Shown: in pieces, positions 61,666 to 64,000 of the stretch
Numbering within the stretch: position 1 is the first letter of the stretch
Layout of the letters: each line of letters starts with the position of its first letter
Source: Azolla caroliniana
Lineage: Eukaryota > Plantae > Polypodiophyta
Length of the DNA: 64,000 bases
Reading direction: 5' to 3'
NCBI GenBank assembly: GCA_043228905.1
Contig: JBHGNT010000002.1
Location: 9,920,001 to 9,984,000, forward strand
Notes under the pieces: generated by a model
Database searches by the model: none
What the model was told of the DNA's origin: nothing
Seen by the model: the letters and a program-made list of their open reading frames with translations, nothing else
Translations under genes and position numbers: made by a program

Positions 61666-63180
61666 GATATAGCAATAGGTACTGCGCTGATGCAGCTCAC
61701 GGAGCCAAATTGGTATCGAATAGTGTACTACGCTAGTCGGAAACTATCAACGACTGAGCGTAACTATTCCACAACGGAACGTGAAGCGTTGGGTATGATA
61801 TACAACATCAATAAATTCTGGCATTATCTGCTAGGGCGTAAATTCACGTTTCACGTGGATCATACGACATTGCTGTATCTGGTGGGGAAATAGGCACTGA
61901 TAGGAAAATTGGCTAGATGGACGCTATTGCTCCAAGAATTCGACTTTGTAATTCAACACCGACTAGGAACACAACATGCGGTGGCGGATTTCTTGAGCAG
62001 ATTAGATAATGGAGAAATGACGCAAAAAGATGACAACAAATTTCCGGATGCGGACATCCTGTGTATAGCAACTTTAGCAGCAAGAACAGGAAAGACTTTC
62101 CCGGATCGATGGTTGATGGAAATGACCTACTTTCTGACCATGGGGTTGCCACCACCACAATTAAGGACGAACGAGAAAAAACGGCTAGTCGGACGGAGTT
62201 GTAATTTCTGTTTAGTCGAAGACGTCCTATATCACAAAGGCAGTGACGAAATCTGGAGGCCCGAGGTTACGGCTCGAGAAATCTGGCAAGTAGGACTTTG
62301 TTGGCCGACTACACAAAAGGATGCGTATGAATATTGCAAACAATGCGATTTATGCCAACGGATGGGCCAACCCACGGAAGTCGCGCGAATGCCACATCAA
62401 CCTACGGATTACTGCACCAAGTGGGTAGAAGCGAAACCACTACGCAAAAATACCGCGACAGTCATGACGAAATTCCTTTATGAACATATATGGTGTCATT
62501 TTGGCTACCCTATTGAGCTCATTAGTGACCAAGGGAGTCACTTTCTGAATACGGTCATCAACAAACTGACCCAACACTACGCCGTGGTCTTCAAAAAGAG
62601 TATGCCGTATTACCCACAGGCAAAAGGCTTGGCCGAATCCACGAACAAAACATTACAAACTATCCTCAAAAAGATAGTCAATGAGAACAGAACAGATTGG
62701 GATACCAAATTGCACAACGCATTATGGGCATATCGAACCGGCTATAAGACCAACATACAATCCACGCCTTTAAGGCTAGCATTTGGGCTGGAGGCCGTAA
62801 TGTTAGTCGAATTCCAGGTACCCAGTATGCGGATTCAAGTACGAGACCAGCTGCTAGAGGACAAATATGAACAAATACGACTACAACAATTGCTAGAACT
62901 AGGCGAAACCTGGGTACGCAATATGGCCATATCGCAACAAGAACAGTGGCGGCGCAAAGCATTCGTGGACCAACATCAACATGCACGTGAAAAGGATTTT
63001 ACGGTCGGGAAGGCGGTATTAGTTTTTCAAACATGCATGGGGCAAATGCTAGGAAAATGAAGATTCCACTGAACAGGCTTGTACCGGATAGTTGGAGCGG
63101 AAAACGACACGTTTTAACTTAGTACCTTGGCCGGAGAGGTGCTCCGACAAAAGGTGAATGGGTTTCACTTGAAACCTACA

Positions 63181-64000
63181 TTGAGCATGAGTTCCGTAGA
63201 TCATCCTCAATCTGATGTACAAAGTGAATGAGTTAATCAAATTATTGACGATATGCTTCAAGCTTATGTAGCAAAAATCCCTTCTAAGTGGGACCAATAC
63301 CTTCCTATCTTAGAATTTGCCTATAATACCTCTAAACATACATCCACTGGATATAGTCCTTTTATGTTGATGTATGGTTTTCAGCCACGTGCCCCAGTTG
63401 ATGTCAAGATTCATCGTGATACATTAGACAGTACATGCAATTTTTTGCAAGACATGAACCAAATGTTGCATATTGCCAAAGAGAATGTCAAGACAACTCA
63501 AGATCGTGCTCGATTTTATGTTGATAAGGATAGACGTCCTCATGCATTTACTATTGGTCAAAAAGTTTTTTTGCGTGTCCCTACTTACTCTACGTCATTG
63601 TCTACGGGCAAGTGCGCTAAGTTAGCCCCACGATATTGTGGCCTATTTGAAATCCTTAAGCGGGTTCGGTCATCTGCTTATCACCTTTCCTTACCCCGTA
63701 ACGTTGGTATTCATCCTGTTTTTCACGTTAGTCGTCTAAAACCATTTTTAGGCTCTGGTGATAACACCATCACAATCCAAGATCTTGTAACATTAGAGAA
63801 TTTTTCTTACAAACCTCATGTTCCTGAACGAATTCTTGAATCTCGTACTAAACGTTTACGTTCTAAAGAGATTCGGCTATTCAAGATAAAATGGATGGGT
63901 AAACCTATTGATAATGCCACATGGGAATGTGAGCATACTCTTAAGGCACAATTTCCTAACTTTATATTGCAAGAGTGCAATCTTTATATTTCCTCTGCCA
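63181..64000 (+). mobile_element. Chromovirus-type Gypsy integrase C-terminus with chromodomain; runs off window
   Basis: DHPQSD..VNQIIDDMLQAYV..WDQYLPILEFAYN..TGYSPF..KLAPRYCG..IHPVFHVSRLK..PERIL..KIKW.G..DNATWE. Confidence 0.88.

Larger units (their letters stand above)
36206..63180 (+). mobile_element. Element B: decayed A-family Gypsy, split by four insertions and 3'-truncated. Pieces 36206-36538, 43994-44741, 52908-55056, 60175-61064, 61671-63180
   Basis: LTR ends GGTAACA at 44129, then a PBS; reading frames rejoin across insertions (FSLR|FQN; QRRYR|MNPNY; DASD|IAIG) and parallel element A gag-pol. Confidence 0.85.

Overview
Eukaryotic land-plant nuclear DNA; the TE families suggest a non-seed plant such as a fern (inference). 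The left ~17 kb is AT-rich. It holds an intact tRNA-Arg(UCU) gene (3919-3991), a five-or-more-exon type-B response regulator gene (cytokinin-signalling ARR-B-like; minus strand, 6902-10657) and several tandem repeats. From ~17.6 kb to the end is a deep nest of LTR retrotransposons. A young 9.8-kb non-chromovirus Ty3/Gypsy ('A', 22916-32734, with a long extra coiled-coil ORF) sits in the LTR of a Copia. A decayed relative ('B', ~36206-63180) carries three insertions of a tRNA-Trp-primed, fungal/Ylt1-like Gypsy lineage ('C', 'D', 'E') plus a Copia solo LTR. A chromovirus integrase fragment ends the window. Most striking: element A has no polypurine tract; in its place is a sense copy of the last ~18 nt of tRNA-Arg(UCU) including CCA, suggesting both DNA strands may be tRNA-primed. 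C/D/E show 4-bp CG-centred target duplications, a GGATTTT + pseudoknot -1 frameshift after the protease (C, D), and a conserved pre-PPT hairpin. E is inside-out. All coordinates were read by eye, without alignment tools.
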